64,000 nucleotides of DNA, taken from positions 10,965,652 to 11,029,651 of the forward strand of contig NC_068989.1 in NCBI RefSeq assembly GCF_001194135.2, read 5' to 3'. The stretch's first letter is position 1; each line of letters begins with the position of its first letter. This document shows positions 61,878-64,000 of this stretch, one piece after another. Below the pieces are notes generated by a model that did not search any database, was not told the DNA's origin, and saw only the letters and a list, made by a program, of their open reading frames with translations. The translations under genes and the position numbers were made by a program. Origin of the DNA: Octopus bimaculoides. Taxonomy: Eukaryota.

Positions 61878-64000
61878 NNNNNNNNNNNNNNNNNNNNNNN
61901 NNNNNNNNNNNNNNNNNNNNNNNNNNNNNNNNNNNNNNNNNNNNNNNNNNNNNNNNNNNNNNNNNNNNNNNNNNNNNNNNNNNNNNNNNNNNNNNNNNNN
62001 NNNNNNNNNNNNNNNNNNNNNNNNNNNNNNNNNNNNNNNNNNNNNNNNNNNNNNNNNNNNNNNNNNNNNNNNNNNNNNNNNNNNNNNNNNNNNNNNNNNN
62101 NNNNNNNNNNNNNNNNNNNNNNNNNNNNNNNNNNNNNNNNNNNNNNNNNNNNNNNNNNNNNNNNNNNNNNNNNNNNNNNNNNNNNNNNNNNNNNNNNNNN
62201 NNNNNNNNNNNNNNNNNNNNNNNNNNNNNNNNNNNNNNNNNNNNNNNNNGGTGAATCTTAGTCTTCTAATCAAGATCAGACATATTGAAGTTGTTATTTT
62301 AAACAATTACTCAAAATCATTCCGATGCATATATCTGGTTTTGAAAGTAAGGTCTTCATATATAATATATACAAGGTGGTGCTAAAAAGTTCCTGGCTTT
62401 GGATAAAAGAAGATACAGGAAGATCACTTAATTATGATTTTATTCAACATATTCCTCTCTCAGATTCAAGCATTTATTTCAGCAGTCCTTTAGTTTTTCT
62501 AAGCCCTGTAAAAAAACTTGGAAATTTGGGCCTCCAACCAGGCCTTTCGTGATACCCTTAAAGCCAGGAACTTTTTTAGCACCTCATCATAGGCATGGCT
62601 GTGTAGTAAGAAGTTTGTTTCCCAACCACATGGTTCTGGGTTCAGTCCTACTGCATGATACTTTGGGTAATTTAATTTATTTAAATAGTTCTCCACAGAT
62701 CGGAAAAAACAATGAACAACCTTAAGCAATATTTTTTATCCTTATTGGGCTTTCATCCTTATTGGGCTTTCATCCTTATTGGGCTTTCATCATGTGTTTA
62801 CATCACTTGACCAATCCCAGAGAAACAAGCAACCAAACTGATTATATACACAACAGAGCCAATAGCTTCAGAGAATTAGAGCTACTAATTTGCAATGGCA
62901 GGCTTCCTCACAGTTTCCAACTACCAATATCACCCACAAGACAATAAGGCATTAAATGGCCTCGAGCTATAGTAGAAGACACTTAATGGCTCAAGGCGCC
63001 ATGAAGTAGGACTGAACCCAAAACCCACATGGCTGCAAAACAAGCTTCTTAACCACACATCCATGTCTGCATATTCTTCATATCTTTGCAGAAATTTTTT
63101 TAAAACAGAAGTCTATGATGTTTAATGGCACTGGAAGTAAAGCCTCATGGGAATTAACTGATGTTATTGTCAAGAATCCAGATCTTATGGGAATTAACCA
63201 ATGTTACTGTCTGGAATCTATCTCTTGTGGGAATTAACCAACACCATTGTCAGGAATGTCAAAGAATCCAAAGATTGAAATGTTAATTTAATCCTCTTTT
63301 TTTTGTGATTTTATTTTTCGTTTTTTTTTTTGTTTTTTGTTTTGTTTTTACCAAACTAATATTAATTGATAGGTTGAACAGATGAAGCAGTTTTAACGAT
63401 TTCCTGTAAACTTACAGAAAAAAATGTGACATTCACACATTTGTGAAAAGATGTTTGAAATGCAAGTGAAATATTTCCTCCACCCCGCCCCCTGGGAATT
63501 CTCAAAAGGTTATGGAATGACTGTTACAACATCATGCAGCAATTTAAACCAGAAAGATTCCTTTCTGAGGGAAAGATTTAGGGGACCACTGAACCAGACA
63601 CAGTCAATAAAATAACAAAGTCATTATACATAGCCAAGTATCTCCTCTATATCAAGATACTTGTCTCTATCCCTCTATTATATTTTAATCTCTCAATTGA
63701 CACAAAGCTACCTTTCTCTCTGTACTACTCACCATTCCTCCAAGTCAGGGGTCTTTGTCTTGCAAGTTACTTGGCTACCCCACTGGTGCTGGTGCCACAT
63801 AAAAAAGAAACATTGGTGCCTGTGCCGTGTAAATAGCATGCAGTGCAATCTGTAAAGTGTTTGGCATTAAGAAGGGCATCCGGCTGTAGAGACCATGCCA
63901 AAGCAAGCAATGGACCCTGATGCAGCTCTCTAGATCACCAGCTCTTGTCAAACCGTCCAATCCCTGCCAAGGAAAACGAACACTGAATAATGATGGTGGT

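Noticed and set aside
1-64000. Most ORFs in the supplied track (YIYI, THTH, CVCV, LSLS, X-runs)
   Set aside because: They are translations of dinucleotide microsatellites, SINEs or N gaps.

Overview
AT-rich, microsatellite- and SINE-saturated animal DNA with many N gaps. The repeat families and composition strongly resemble an Octopus (coleoid cephalopod) draft assembly; this is an inference. Nearly all ORFs in the supplied track are microsatellite or gap artefacts. One protein-coding gene can be reconstructed on the minus strand: eight phase-compatible GT-AG exons (54718 to 24164, 1560 nt, 519 aa plus stop) encoding the C-terminal part of an FG-GAP-repeat membrane protein of the plant NERD1/At3g51050-like family. 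Its 5' exons were not found. Other features: a divergent pair of tRNA-Ile(AAT) genes, a decayed Buster/Charlie-type hAT transposase, a Merlin (IS1016/IS1595-like) transposase relic, an RTE LINE 3' fragment, many MITEs with clean target-site duplications (TSDs), and several tRNA-derived SINE families. Two themes stand out. (1) Hammerhead-ribozyme motifs of the minimal Penelope-like-element (PLE) type, including a tRNA-headed SINE that carries one and is inserted as an asymmetric inverted dimer with TSDs; a second locus shows the same architecture with only a partial hammerhead. (2) Unrelated GG-ended, 8-bp-TSD (Merlin-type) MITEs whose centres are outward-facing (CCCTAA)n/(TTAGGG)n telomeric arrays.
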